From a virus (taxonomy: Duplodnaviria > Caudoviricetes), in IMG/VR virus record IMGVR_UViG_3300050015_000317, positions 1-63,720 of that record: a stretch of 63,720 nucleotides of DNA; one strand, 5' to 3'. The translations under genes were made by a program, and so were the position numbers. Under the pieces are notes generated by a model. The model had not been told where the DNA came from, searched no databases, and saw only the letters and a list, made by a program, of their open reading frames with translations. Positions 63,623-63,720 of this stretch are shown here, piece after piece (the stretch's first letter is position 1; every line of letters begins with the position of its first letter).

Positions 63623-63720
63623 CAAAATGAGGCTACTCCGCACCATCGGTTTTGTCCTGCGGTTCGCTTGGCGCGACTGCTGTTCGCTGCCTGAGAATCG
63701 CGTGGGCCTGTCGCGATGGC

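Noticed and set aside
1-63720. Stop-codon reassignment
   Set aside because: Core genes (terL, capsid, portal) are full length in the standard code, and TAG, TGA and TAA are all used as stops

Overview
This window looks like a complete, circularly permuted genome (~63.6 kb) of a GC-rich tailed phage. Bases 1-127 are identical to 63594-63720, but that overlap lies inside an internal repeat, so circularity needs checking against reads. A podovirus-like morphology is inferred because there is no tape measure or tail tube and there are large internal-virion proteins; a temperate lifestyle is inferred from an XRE repressor at a divergent switch. Layout: (i) 54.7 kb through the origin to 11 kb, a rightward early/middle arm with RecE/RecT-like genes, RusA, an HD hydrolase, a radical SAM enzyme, a DNA methyltransferase, a replication initiator plus DnaC-like ATPase, a kinase and a metallophosphoesterase; (ii) 11-14.5 kb, a leftward operon of small ORFs ending in a serine recombinase; (iii) 14.7-53.1 kb, a late arm with a sigma-like regulator, terminases, portal, scaffold, capsid, a 5-kb glycosyltransferase/radical SAM/methyltransferase block, tail and fibre genes, a 2449-aa polyvalent protein and a membrane-protein cassette lacking an obvious endolysin. 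The most unusual signal is a set of four tRNA-like elements (17781-17871, 53263-53299, 58569-58690, 61510-61625). They keep the acceptor stem and T-arm, and two keep an identical D-arm, but none has a canonical anticodon arm. They sit within long structured non-coding blocks. Also notable are short direct repeats at gene junctions that bracket single-gene cassettes. All product calls come from motif recognition by eye; no database search or folding program was run.
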